From contig JAGVWE010000005.1 of NCBI GenBank assembly GCA_018304425.1, positions 137,145 through 201,144 of the forward strand: a stretch of 64,000 nucleotides of DNA, read 5' to 3'. Made by a program: the position numbers and the translations under genes. Source of the DNA: Candidatus Iainarchaeum sp. (GTDB lineage: Archaea; Iainarchaeota; Iainarchaeia; Iainarchaeales; UBA10219). Under the pieces are notes generated by a model. The model saw only the letters and a list, made by a program, of their open reading frames with translations. It was not told the origin of the DNA and did not search any database. Every line of letters starts with the position of its first letter. The first letter of the stretch is position 1. Shown one piece after another: positions 51,673-60,985 of this stretch.

Positions 51673-52113
51673 TCACTCCTTCAAAATCCGGATGTGCTCG
51701 GCCTTGATGGTAACCGGGATCTTGACCGCGGCTTCGAGCAATTCAACCGTGACCTCTTCCTTAGTGTCGTTCACCCTAATAACCCTTGCCTTTTCGCCCT
51801 TGAAGGGCCCGGTGATGAGTTCGACCTTCTGGCCGGCCTTGATGGACTTCATGAGGGGCTTGGCCTCCAAGAGGCTGGATAGCTCGTCAATCTTGACTTC
51901 CCCGCCGACGATGCCCCGGCCCTTGATGTGGGGCGTGTTGGCGATGCCTCGCCTCACCGTCATCTCGTTGTCGGCCTCGACCAGGATATAACCCTTCAAG
52001 CCGGGAATCACGCAAAACGAGTAAATGTTCAGGTCCTCTTTCCTAATCTTGTTGGCGAGAATGTCGACTACGAGGGACTCCTGTCCGACCGTGGTCCGCA
52101 CCGTGAAAATCAT
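51673..52113 (-). CDS. spt5: Transcription elongation factor Spt5 (NusG)
   Basis: NGN domain (MIFTVRTTVGQE...GYILVEA) and KOW motif GQKVELITGPFKGEKARVIRV. Confidence 0.92.
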   Translation of the reverse strand: MIFTVRTTVGQESLVVDILANKIRKEDLNIYSFCVIPGLKGYILVEADNEMTVRRGIANTPHIKGRGIVGGEVKIDELSSLLEAKPLMKSIKAGQKVELITGPFKGEKARVIRVNDTKEEVTVELLEAAVKIPVTIKAEHIRILKE

Positions 52114-52185
52114 GGAAAAACCCTTTCCTTCAACGAAACGCTATTGGATTAAAGTAATAACAATTATAAAAGCGTGCCTACGTGC

Positions 52186-52368
52186 CTACGCCTTCAAGCC
52201 CAGGAACAGGAAGACCAGGCTGATGAGGAAGCCAATGATGCCGATGAGGATGATGCCAATGCCCGTGACCTTCACCATGGTCGCGTACTCCTTGGCGTCG
52301 GGCTTCTTGGAGACCATGAGAATCCTCTTCGAGGCCTCCAAGAACTCCTGCAACGACATTCCAAACAT
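52186..52368 (-). CDS. secE: Preprotein translocase subunit SecE (Sec61-gamma)
   Basis: 60 aa: RILMVSKKPDAKEYATMVKVTGIGIILIGIIGFLISLVF, a single C-terminal TM helix. Conserved secE-spt5-L11 order. Confidence 0.85.
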   Translation of the reverse strand: MFGMSLQEFLEASKRILMVSKKPDAKEYATMVKVTGIGIILIGIIGFLISLVFLFLGLKA

Positions 52369-52388
52369 GCTGATTCAGCCTCTTCCGA

Positions 52389-52466
52389 CAAATATTACCG
52401 CCCCATCGAACCCCTTTGGGGCAAGATGGGGCACGTATAGCGCGCAGCCGCCGCTTTCGTGCGGCT
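52389..52466 (+). repeat. Family A element, long form, between the ftsZ stop and the secE start
   Basis: AAATATTAC, GCCCCATC-(17-nt loop containing CCCC-TTT-GGGG)-GATGGGGC, ACGTAT, AGCGCG, AGCCGC-CGCTTTCGT-GCGGCT. The last stem overlaps the ftsZ stop codon. The AT box lies 20 nt from the secE ATG on the other strand. Confidence 0.7.
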
Positions 52467-53658
52467 ACCCGGTGAACTCAATGCCCAGGTCAAGCGGTCC
52501 CTTGGGGACCTTCAACTCGCCTTTCTCGGCGTCGAATTCCTCGACGTTGTCCAGGTAGGGAAACCTTCCCCCGGCGATGACGACCATGGCCTGGATCTGG
52601 TTCCTGGGAATGTTTTCGTCGATCATGGCGCCCCAGATGATGTGCGCGTTGGGGTTGATTTTGGCCGAGACCGCTTCCACGATCATTTCGGCCTCGCGCA
52701 GGGTCATGTCGGTTCCGCCCACCACGTTGACCAGGGCCCGGTTGGCGCCGGAAATGTCGACGTCCAACAGGGGTGAGGTCAACGCGTTTTCAACGGCTTC
52801 CAAAGCCCTTGAATCCGAGGCCTTCTCGCTCCTGGACTCGCCCAAGCCAATCATGGCCGCTCCCCCGTTGTGGAGGATGGTGCGCAGGTCCGCGAAGTCG
52901 AGGTTGATGAGGCCTGGCTTGGTGACCATTTCGGTGATGCCCTTGACGGCGTTGGTCAGCACCTCGTCCGCGACCTTGAACGCGGTGTTCAACGGCAGGT
53001 CCGGCGCAATCTCGAGTATCTTGTCGTTGGGAATGACGATGACCGTGTCCGCGTTCTTGCGGAGCCTGGCCAGTCCCTGGAGGGCGTGCTCCATGCGAGT
53101 CCTGCCTTCCACCGTGAACGGCAGGGTGACGACTCCAATTGTGAGCGCCTTGACTTCGGACGCGATTTCCGCGATGATGGGTGCAGCCCCGGTTCCCGTG
53201 CCGCCGCCCATTCCACACGTTATGAAGATGAGGTCGGAGTCCGCGAAGGTCTCGATGAGTTCGTCCAGCGATTCCCGCGCCGCGGCTTCTCCAACCGTTG
53301 GGTCGGAGCCCGAGCCCAGACCTCTGGTCAGCTTGCGGCCGATGAGGACTTTCCGGTCAGCGGCCACCTTCAACAGGTCCTGGGCGTCCGTGTTAATGGC
53401 GTAGGTTTCCGCGCCAATGATGCCGACTTCGCTCATGCGGTTAATCGTGTTGCAGCCGCCTCCCCCGCAGCCCACCACTCTAATGCGGGCCTGGGCTTTT
53501 TCCAGCAACTCGATGAGGTCCTCTTCCTTGTAATTGGTCTTGGCCTTGGGCTTGCCCTTGACCGCGTCGATTTTGTCCTTCAATTTGTCCATTTTCTTCT
53601 CAGCCTCGATGCGTTTAACGGCCTTGTTCACCAGCGAAGTGTCCTTGTCCAGTATCAC
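52465..53658 (-). CDS. ftsZ: Cell division GTPase FtsZ
   Basis: Tubulin signature GGGTGTGAAP; NTDAQDL; the T7 loop region. Confidence 0.95.
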   Translation of the reverse strand: MILDKDTSLVNKAVKRIEAEKKMDKLKDKIDAVKGKPKAKTNYKEEDLIELLEKAQARIRVVGCGGGGCNTINRMSEVGIIGAETYAINTDAQDLLKVAADRKVLIGRKLTRGLGSGSDPTVGEAAARESLDELIETFADSDLIFITCGMGGGTGTGAAPIIAEIASEVKALTIGVVTLPFTVEGRTRMEHALQGLARLRKNADTVIVIPNDKILEIAPDLPLNTAFKVADEVLTNAVKGITEMVTKPGLINLDFADLRTILHNGGAAMIGLGESRSEKASDSRALEAVENALTSPLLDVDISGANRALVNVVGGTDMTLREAEMIVEAVSAKINPNAHIIWGAMIDENIPRNQIQAMVVIAGGRFPYLDNVEEFDAEKGELKVPKGPLDLGIEFTG

Positions 53659-53835
53659 AATCTTGACCCCCTAAGTTGCACCCGTTGCCCGGCTTTCGGG
53701 CGATTTGGGCAATATATTACTCCCGTCTGAAAGGCTTTTAAAGGGTGCCCCCACAAGAAGCCCCTAAAACCCCTCAAACCGGCTGATTCAGGCTTAAAAA
53801 TAATAAGCAAGCAGGCGTAATAGGGTAAGAGGGTT

Positions 53836-54792
53836 ATGCCAGGCAACCGGTTTAAATCCATTGTACGGGACATTAAGTGCCTTAAAATCCAGGGCGCCAG
53901 CCAGGTCCGCAAGTGGGCCATGAAGGCCCTGCGCTGGAGCGTCCGGGACAGCAGGGCCCGCTCCCTGGAAGCCTTTCGCCGGGAATTGAAGGGGAACGCG
54001 GTAACCCTGTTGAGGACGCGGCCCACGGAACCCGAGCTGCGCACCAGCCTCCGCATCTTCTTGCAGCAGGCCAACACCGGGTCTCCCACGGTTCCGGCCT
54101 TGAAGCGGCTCCTGTTGAAGGCCTTGGACGGCTATGAAGGGGAACGCGTGCAGGCCTTGAAGGACGTGGCCGAAAACGGGTTGAAGGTCTTCTTCGACAA
54201 CGCGGTTGTTTTCACGCACTGCCACTCGCACACCGTGGAAGCCGTTTTGTTGAAGGCCTGGAAGGCCGGCAAACTGAAAAGGGTTTACTGCACGGAGACG
54301 AGGCCGCTCTTCCAAGGCAGAATCACCGCGGCCAACCTCGCGAAGCACGGCGTGCCCGTGACCCTCATGGTTGACGGCGCCGCCGCCACCTACATGAAGG
54401 AAGCCGACTTCTTCTTGTCCGGGGCCGATGCCGTGCTCGAAGACGGGAGCGTGGTGAACAAGGTGGGCACCAAGGCATTGTCCCTGATTGCGGCCCGTGA
54501 AGGCAAGCCCCACTTCGTGGCCTGTTCGACGAAAAAGTTCGACCCCATCACGTACTTTGGCGTCGAAGAAAAAATCGAGATGCGGAACCCGCGCGAGGTC
54601 TGGCCCGATAAACCCGGGCGCGTGCAGGTCCTGAACCCGGCCTTCGACTTGACCGAGGCAAGGTACGTGAAAGGCATCCTCACCGAGAAAGGCGTGCTCA
54701 AGCCCGAGCTCTTCGCCCTGCACATGATCAAGGAACTGGAACTCGACAAAAACAAGCGCGAGTGGTTCAGCCTGATCAGGTTGATGAAATAG
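53836..54792 (+). CDS. eIF-2B alpha/beta/delta-family protein (ribose-1,5-bisphosphate isomerase-like)
   Basis: 318 aa with N-terminal IKCLKIQGASQVRKWAMKAL, the THCHS..V segment, ETRPLFQGR and GADAVLEDGSVVNKVGT motifs typical of the family. Confidence 0.85.
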   Translation: MPGNRFKSIVRDIKCLKIQGASQVRKWAMKALRWSVRDSRARSLEAFRRELKGNAVTLLRTRPTEPELRTSLRIFLQQANTGSPTVPALKRLLLKALDGYEGERVQALKDVAENGLKVFFDNAVVFTHCHSHTVEAVLLKAWKAGKLKRVYCTETRPLFQGRITAANLAKHGVPVTLMVDGAAATYMKEADFFLSGADAVLEDGSVVNKVGTKALSLIAAREGKPHFVACSTKKFDPITYFGVEEKIEMRNPREVWPDKPGRVQVLNPAFDLTEARYVKGILTEKGVLKPELFALHMIKELELDKNKREWFSLIRLMK

Positions 54793-54803
54793 GGGGCAAA
54801 CAA

Positions 54804-55580
54804 ATGAAACCAGGAGCAAAGCCGCGCACGCCATTCAGGCAACGGCTGGGCCGCCTGGCCGGGCGCGTGGGCCGCTCGCTGGCGTTGTCGGCGGCGCTTG
54901 CGGCTGCCGCGTGTGCGACCCTACCGGAATCAACGCTGCCGCGCGCGCCCAAGCCCCAACGGCCAACCGCGGCGGATTACGAGCCGGCGAGGCGGGCCGT
55001 GCGGGAGATGCGGAGCGTGCGAAGAAACCCGGCACGCATGCAAGCCATTGAAGACAGCGTCCGGGCGCGCGCCCTCGAAGCCTGGAACCGGATGAACTTG
55101 GAGCTCATCGAGGAAACGCGGAAGGCCGTGGCCGAGAGCCGTTCGCCGGTTGCAGGCCTTTCCATGAAATTGCAGGGGTATCCTCCTGTCTTGCGCAGTG
55201 CCCTCATTGAAAACTTCCGCACCCACCACGGGCTTTTCGTGGAGGCCAACAACGTGGCCGGCGAGATTTTGAACCGGGCCGGCAACCGGGCGCGCGTCCA
55301 GGAAATGCTGGAAACCGGCCGGCCGATTGCGGTTTATGAAGGCGGAAAAGGGTTCACGCTGGACCTGGAACGGGGAACGCCCCTGGAAACGGTAACAAGC
55401 ATTGAACGGGCCTTGAAGCCGATTGCGGCGCGCATGGCGGAGGCCGATGCCCGCGTCAACCAGCGCGTGGAAGCATTCATTCGGAAAACCATTGACCACG
55501 AAGTCGAGCTGGCGGACACGAAGGCCGAGCTGGAGCGCACGAACGAGGAGCTGCGCAAAAAACTGCACGGCCCAAAATAG
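54804..55580 (+). CDS. Secreted or lipoprotein-like hypothetical protein with a C-terminal coiled coil
   Basis: Start at MKPGAKPR.... Arg-rich n-region, hydrophobic SLALSAALAAAAC ending in Cys. No family recognised. Confidence 0.55.
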   Translation: MKPGAKPRTPFRQRLGRLAGRVGRSLALSAALAAAACATLPESTLPRAPKPQRPTAADYEPARRAVREMRSVRRNPARMQAIEDSVRARALEAWNRMNLELIEETRKAVAESRSPVAGLSMKLQGYPPVLRSALIENFRTHHGLFVEANNVAGEILNRAGNRARVQEMLETGRPIAVYEGGKGFTLDLERGTPLETVTSIERALKPIAARMAEADARVNQRVEAFIRKTIDHEVELADTKAELERTNEELRKKLHGPK

Positions 55581-55581
55581 T

Positions 55582-58500
55582 TCAAACGTACTCATCCCAG
55601 GCCTTGATTTCGAGGTCGTCTTTCTTGAGCTTGATGATGGAGTCCAGGAAGAGTTTCGAGACCTGGAGGTTGGTCAAGAGCGTAATCGAGTGGTCAACGG
55701 CGTTGCGGCGCAGCTCGTATTCTTCGTCGATGCCGGCCTGGAGTTCCGTGTCCGGGATGCAGATGACCAGGTCGAGTCTCCGTTGCCGCATGTAGGAGAG
55801 GATGTTGGGCTCCCCCTTTTCCTGGAGCTTGAACAACCGCGCCATTTTCACGCCGTGTCCGTTGAAGAACGCGGCCGTGTGCTCCGTACCATACAAGTGG
55901 AAACCGCGCTTTTGCACCCGCCGGAGGACGGGCAACAGCTTGAACCGACCCTTGTCGCCGTGCACGGAGACCAGGATGTTTTTTTCGGGGATTTTCACCC
56001 CGACGGAGAGCATGGCCTTGAGGAAGGCGTCCTCCAGCGTGTCGCCAATGCAGGCCACTTCCCCCGTGGAAGCCATTTCCACGCCCAGAACCGGGTCCGC
56101 GCCCCGCAGCCGGCCGAAGCTGAACTGGGGCACCTTGACCCCGACATGGCCCAGTTCCAACGTCGACGACTTGAGGGGCTCCGGGTTCTGGCCGAGGATG
56201 GCCTTCGTGGCCAGTTCGATGAAGTTGTGCCCGGAGACCTTGGAAACGAAGGGAAACGACCGGGAGGCGCGGAGGTTGCATTCGATGACGCTGACCTTGT
56301 TGTCCTTGGCGATGAACTGGATGTTGAAGGGCCCGCTGATTTCGAGGGCGGCCGCGATTTTGGAGGCGATGGCCTTTATTTCGCGGACCGTCTGGAGGTA
56401 GAGTTTCTGGGGCGGCAACACCATGGTGGCATCTCCTGAGTGGACGCCCGCGTTCTCCACGTGCTCGGTGATGGCCGAAATCACCAGCTTGCCCTTGTTG
56501 GCCACGGCGTCGATCTCGACTTCCTTGGCGTTCGCGATGAACTTGCTGACCACAACAGGGTATTCTTCTGACACGGTGGTTGCTTTCTCGAGGTAGGTCT
56601 TGAGGTCGGCGGGAGTGAAGGCGATGTTCATGGCCGCGCCGCTCAAGACATAGCTGGGCCGGATGAGCACGGGAAAGCCGACGCGTTCCGCGAACTTCGC
56701 GGCCTGCTTTTCGCTCTTGGCTTCCGCCCACTCGGGCTGGTCGATGCCCAAGGAATCGCAGAGCTTGGAGAACTTGTGCCGGTCCTCGGCCTGGTCGATG
56801 TGCTCGGGCTTGGTGCCCAGCACGGTGACCCCGGCGTTCGCGCACTTGAGGGCGAGGTTGTTCGCTATTTGCCCGCCCGTGGAAAGGATGACGCCCTTCG
56901 GCTTTTCCAGGCCATAAATGTCCAGCACCCGTTCGAGGCTCAGTTCCTCGAAGTACAGGCGGTCGCACAAGTCATAGTCGGTGGAAACCGTTTCCGGGTT
57001 GAAGTTGACCATGATGGCCTGGAAGCCGAGCTTCCGGGCGGCCAACGCCGCGTTGACCCCGCACCAGTCGAATTCCACGCTGGAACCAATGTGGTAGGCC
57101 CCGGACCCCAGCACCAGGACCGCGTTCGAGGCAGGGAAGGCCACGTCGTGCTCGCTCCCATTATAAGTCATATATAAGTAGTTGGTTTGCGCCGGGAACT
57201 CCGCGGCCAGGGTGTCAATCTGCTTGACCACTGGCAGGATTCCATGGCGTTTCCGGAGTTCCCGCACGACCAGTTCGCTCTGGTGGTTCAAGAGCATGGC
57301 CAGCTGCTTGTCGGAAAACCCGAGTTCCTTGGCGCGGCGCAAGAGTCCAGGCGAAACGGTTTTCACGTCATGGCAGCGGATTTCCCGCTCCAGGTCCACC
57401 ACGTTCTTGAGCTTGTGCAGGAACCAGGAATCGATGCCGGACAAGCCGTGCAGTTTCTTGACAGAATGACCTGCCTTCAAGGAGTCCACGACGGCGAACA
57501 ACCGCTTGTCGGTCGGGTTCTTCACCGTGTGCAGGACCTTCTTGAACTCGATTTTGTTGCAGACCAAACCGTACATGCCGATGTTCAGCATGCGGATGGC
57601 CTTCTGGAGGGCTTCCTCGAACTTCCTCCCAATCGCCATGACTTCCCCGACGGACTTCATTTCGCTGCCGATTTGCGTGCTGACCTTCCGGAACTTCTGC
57701 AAATCCCATCGCGGGATTTTCACCACGCAATAGTCCAGCGCGGGCTCGAAACAGGCCATGGTCTTTTTCGTGATGGAGTTCGGCAACTCGTGCAAGGCAT
57801 GCCCCAAGGCCAGCTTGGCGGCAATGAACGCAAGGGGGTAGCCGGTCGCCTTCGAGGCCAATGCCGAGGAACGGGAGAGGCGGGCGTTGACCTCGATGAC
57901 CCGGTAGTCCTCGGACTTCGGGTCCAACGCGAACTGGATGTTGCACTCGCCCACGATTTTCAGGTGCCGGATGACGCGGATGGAGAGCTCACGCAACTTG
58001 TGGTACTCGTGGTTTGAAAGCGTCTGCGAGGGCGCAACCACGATGCTTTCCCCGGTGTGAATGCCCATGGGGTCGAAGTTCTCCATGTTGCAGACCGTGA
58101 TGCAGTTGTCGAACTGGTCGCGCACGACCTCGTACTCGATTTCCTTCCAGTGGTGCAGGTATTCCTCGACCAGGACCTGGGGCGCGTGCGTGAACGCGCT
58201 CTCCAGAATGCTTTCCAGCTCGCGCGCGTTGCGCGCGACCCCGGAACCCTTGCCGCCCAAGGCAAAGGCCGCGCGGACAATGACCGGGAACCCCAGCTCC
58301 TGGGCTGCCTTCAAACCGGCTTTCGCCAAGGTAACGGAGAGGCTGCTCGGCGTCTGGACGCCAATCTTGGCCAGTTCCTTCTTGAAGAGCTCCCGGTCCT
58401 CGGTGTCGCGGATGGCCTTGACGGGCGTGCCCAGTACCCGGACTTTGTGCCGCTCGAAGACCTTCTTTTCGGCCAGGGCCAGGCCGCAGTTCAACGCCGT

Positions 58501-58776
58501 CTGGCCGCCGAAGCCGAGGAGGATGCCGTCCGGCTTCTCGCGGGCGATGACTTTTTCGACGAAGAAGGGGTTGACCGGGAGGAAGTACACGCGGTCCGCC
58601 AGGTCCCAGGAGGTCTGCACCGTGGCAATGTTGGGGTTGACGATGATGACTTCACAGCCCTCTTCCTTCAAGGCCTTGATGGCTTGGGAGCCGGAATAAT
58701 CGAATTCCCCGGCCTGCCCGATTTTCAAGGCGCCCGAGCCCAGCACCAAGACCTTCTTGGCTTCCACGCGCTTCAT
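55582..58776 (-). CDS. carB: Carbamoyl-phosphate synthase large subunit
   Basis: Start trimmed to MKRVEAKKVLVLGSGALKIGQAGEFDYSGSQA (ATG 58776, ATGA overlap with the carA stop). Duplicated ATP-grasp halves. 1064 aa. Confidence 0.95.
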   Translation of the reverse strand: MKRVEAKKVLVLGSGALKIGQAGEFDYSGSQAIKALKEEGCEVIIVNPNIATVQTSWDLADRVYFLPVNPFFVEKVIAREKPDGILLGFGGQTALNCGLALAEKKVFERHKVRVLGTPVKAIRDTEDRELFKKELAKIGVQTPSSLSVTLAKAGLKAAQELGFPVIVRAAFALGGKGSGVARNARELESILESAFTHAPQVLVEEYLHHWKEIEYEVVRDQFDNCITVCNMENFDPMGIHTGESIVVAPSQTLSNHEYHKLRELSIRVIRHLKIVGECNIQFALDPKSEDYRVIEVNARLSRSSALASKATGYPLAFIAAKLALGHALHELPNSITKKTMACFEPALDYCVVKIPRWDLQKFRKVSTQIGSEMKSVGEVMAIGRKFEEALQKAIRMLNIGMYGLVCNKIEFKKVLHTVKNPTDKRLFAVVDSLKAGHSVKKLHGLSGIDSWFLHKLKNVVDLEREIRCHDVKTVSPGLLRRAKELGFSDKQLAMLLNHQSELVVRELRKRHGILPVVKQIDTLAAEFPAQTNYLYMTYNGSEHDVAFPASNAVLVLGSGAYHIGSSVEFDWCGVNAALAARKLGFQAIMVNFNPETVSTDYDLCDRLYFEELSLERVLDIYGLEKPKGVILSTGGQIANNLALKCANAGVTVLGTKPEHIDQAEDRHKFSKLCDSLGIDQPEWAEAKSEKQAAKFAERVGFPVLIRPSYVLSGAAMNIAFTPADLKTYLEKATTVSEEYPVVVSKFIANAKEVEIDAVANKGKLVISAITEHVENAGVHSGDATMVLPPQKLYLQTVREIKAIASKIAAALEISGPFNIQFIAKDNKVSVIECNLRASRSFPFVSKVSGHNFIELATKAILGQNPEPLKSSTLELGHVGVKVPQFSFGRLRGADPVLGVEMASTGEVACIGDTLEDAFLKAMLSVGVKIPEKNILVSVHGDKGRFKLLPVLRRVQKRGFHLYGTEHTAAFFNGHGVKMARLFKLQEKGEPNILSYMRQRRLDLVICIPDTELQAGIDEEYELRRNAVDHSITLLTNLQVSKLFLDSIIKLKKDDLEIKAWDEYV

Positions 58777-59861
58777 TTCCGGTACACCTTCTTGAGGAAC
58801 TCGTCGAACAAAAAACCCGTGTCCACCGGGCCAGGCGTGGCTTCCGGGTGGAACTGGGAACTGAAAAACGGCTTGCGCTGGTGGCGGATGCCTTCGTTGG
58901 TGCCGTCGTTGGCGTTCGTGAAAAGCGGTTCCCAGTCGGCCGGCAGCGAGTGGACGTCCACGGCAAAGCCATGGTTTTGGGAGGTGATGAAGCACTTTTG
59001 CGTGCCCTCCATCGTGCATGGCTGGTTCTGGCTCCGGTGGCCATACTTGAGCTTGTAGGTGTTGCCGCCAGCGGCCAACGCGAGCAACTGGTTGCCGAGG
59101 CAGATGCCAAAAGTGGGGATTTCCTTTTCGAGCAGGGCCGCGACGTTGGAGATGGTCTGCTTGCACTGCTTGGGGTCGCCGGGGCCGTTTGAAATCATGA
59201 CCCCGTCGAAGTCGAATTTTCCGTTGAGTAGGTCATAGTCCCAGGGCACGCGCAGGACGGATACCCTCCGGGCGCGCAGGCTGCGGATGATGTTGTACTT
59301 CGCCCCGCAGTCGATTAAGGCAATGGTCTTCCGCTCACTTCCATAGCGGACGGGTTTCCGGACGCTGACGTCGGCCACGATGTTGAACGCGTTGGGGTCG
59401 AAGGGCCTGGCCTGTTTTCCGTTGACCTCGATGCGGCCCATCATGACCCCCTTTTCGCGGAGCTTCTTGGTGAGCGCGCGGGTGTCAATCCCGGAAACGG
59501 CGGGAATCTTTTCCCTCCTGAGCCATTGGGCAAGGGTCTGGTCGCAGTCCCAGTGGCTGGGCTGCTCGCAGTACTCGGAAACGATGAGGCCGCGGAGGTG
59601 GATTTTGTCCGACTCAAAGCGCGCAGGCAAGCCCTCCTTCCGGGCCCTGCCCGGAACCCCGTAGTTGCCGATAAGGGGATAGGTGAGGCACAGGATTTGC
59701 CCGGCATAGCTGGGGTCGGTGAAGGACTCGGGATAGCCGGTCATGCCCGTATTGAACACGACTTCGCCTGCAACCGAGTGGGGGTAGCCAAAGGACTGGC
59801 ATGGAAACCGCGAACCGTCTTCGAGGACGAGCTCGGCTTTCACGGGCTTCACGGCTTGCAC
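58773..59861 (-). CDS. carA: Carbamoyl-phosphate synthase small (glutaminase) subunit
   Basis: LVLEDGSRFPCQSFG N-domain; GATase with GICLGNQ and FSSQFHPE motifs. GTG start. Confidence 0.93.
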   Translation of the reverse strand: MQAVKPVKAELVLEDGSRFPCQSFGYPHSVAGEVVFNTGMTGYPESFTDPSYAGQILCLTYPLIGNYGVPGRARKEGLPARFESDKIHLRGLIVSEYCEQPSHWDCDQTLAQWLRREKIPAVSGIDTRALTKKLREKGVMMGRIEVNGKQARPFDPNAFNIVADVSVRKPVRYGSERKTIALIDCGAKYNIIRSLRARRVSVLRVPWDYDLLNGKFDFDGVMISNGPGDPKQCKQTISNVAALLEKEIPTFGICLGNQLLALAAGGNTYKLKYGHRSQNQPCTMEGTQKCFITSQNHGFAVDVHSLPADWEPLFTNANDGTNEGIRHQRKPFFSSQFHPEATPGPVDTGFLFDEFLKKVYRK

Positions 59862-60013
59862 CCCCCGACGGGGCGGGAAACAGGGAAAAACGAAAGCACG
59901 GAGTCAAGCAAAAAAACAGGGTTTTTGAGGGGGCAAAAAATGCTCATCCTAAAAAAGAAATAATGCCTGGGAAGGAATTTAAAGGGATGCCCCCCATAAT
60001 CTAGAGGGTTGTA

Positions 60014-60985
60014 GTGCCTTCGACTTCAACCGGGAAAAAAACCGCGCATTCTCTTTTCAACCGTTCCCTGGTCTCCATCTACGACCTCAGCAAACAGCAG
60101 ATCCTGGACGTGCTGACAACAGCCTCCAAAATGGAGCGGTTGAAGCCCGAAGCCAAGGCCAAAATCCTGGCCCATAAAACCGTTGCCTCGCTGTTCTTCG
60201 AGCCCAGCACGCGCACGCGCCTCTCCTTCGAAGCCGCCATCCAGAACCTGGGAGCCAACGTCATTGGCTTCTCCGACGAAAACGTGACCTCGCTCAAAAA
60301 GGGGGAGAGCTTCTCGGACACCATCAAGATGGTGTGCAATTACGCGCACGCCATCGTCATGCGGCACCCCATCACCGGCCACGCCCGGATTGCGGCCGGC
60401 GAAGCCAGCGTTCCCGTCATCAACGCCGGCGACGGAACGAACGAGCACCCCACGCAAAACCTCCTGGACCTGTACACGATTAAGAAACGGTTCGGCAGAC
60501 TCAATGGCCTCAAAATCGGCTTCCTGGGAGACTTGAAGTTCAGCCGCACCATCAAGGGATTGGTGCACGCGCTCAACAAGCTCGGCGACAACGAGTACTA
60601 CTTCATCGCCCCCCACCAGCTGCGCATGGAGGAAGGCATCACGCAGACCCTGAAAGGCGAGGGCTGCAAAATCCTGGAAGGCGAGCACCTCGAAAACTTC
60701 ATCGGCCTGCTGGACATCCTCTACGTCACGCGCATCCAAAGGGAGCGGTTTGACTCGCACGCGGAATACGAGCGGCTGCGCGGCAGCTACCAGATTGACA
60801 AGGGAACGCTGGCCCGGGCCAAGAAAACCCTGGCCCTCATGCACCCCCTGCCCCGCATTGACGAGATTTCCAGGGACGTCGACGAACTCCCGCAGGCCAC
60901 GTACTTCCAGCAAGCCCACCATGGGCTCCCAGTACGCGAAGCCATCTTGAGCCTCATCCTGGGAGGCAAGCATGGCAAGAATTGA
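60014..60985 (+). CDS. pyrB: Aspartate carbamoyltransferase catalytic chain
   Basis: STRTRLSFE, NEHPTQ and HPLPR motifs. Confidence 0.94.
   Translation: MPSTSTGKKTAHSLFNRSLVSIYDLSKQQILDVLTTASKMERLKPEAKAKILAHKTVASLFFEPSTRTRLSFEAAIQNLGANVIGFSDENVTSLKKGESFSDTIKMVCNYAHAIVMRHPITGHARIAAGEASVPVINAGDGTNEHPTQNLLDLYTIKKRFGRLNGLKIGFLGDLKFSRTIKGLVHALNKLGDNEYYFIAPHQLRMEEGITQTLKGEGCKILEGEHLENFIGLLDILYVTRIQRERFDSHAEYERLRGSYQIDKGTLARAKKTLALMHPLPRIDEISRDVDELPQATYFQQAHHGLPVREAILSLILGGKHGKN

Noticed and set aside
53794-54834. 346-aa minus-strand ORF
   Set aside because: It is antisense to the eIF-2B-family gene and has no motifs.
58777-59166. N-terminal 130 codons of the 1194-aa carB ORF
   Set aside because: This part lies inside carA in another frame. 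Canonical CarB begins at MKRVEAKKVLVLGSG, with an ATGA overlap to the carA stop.
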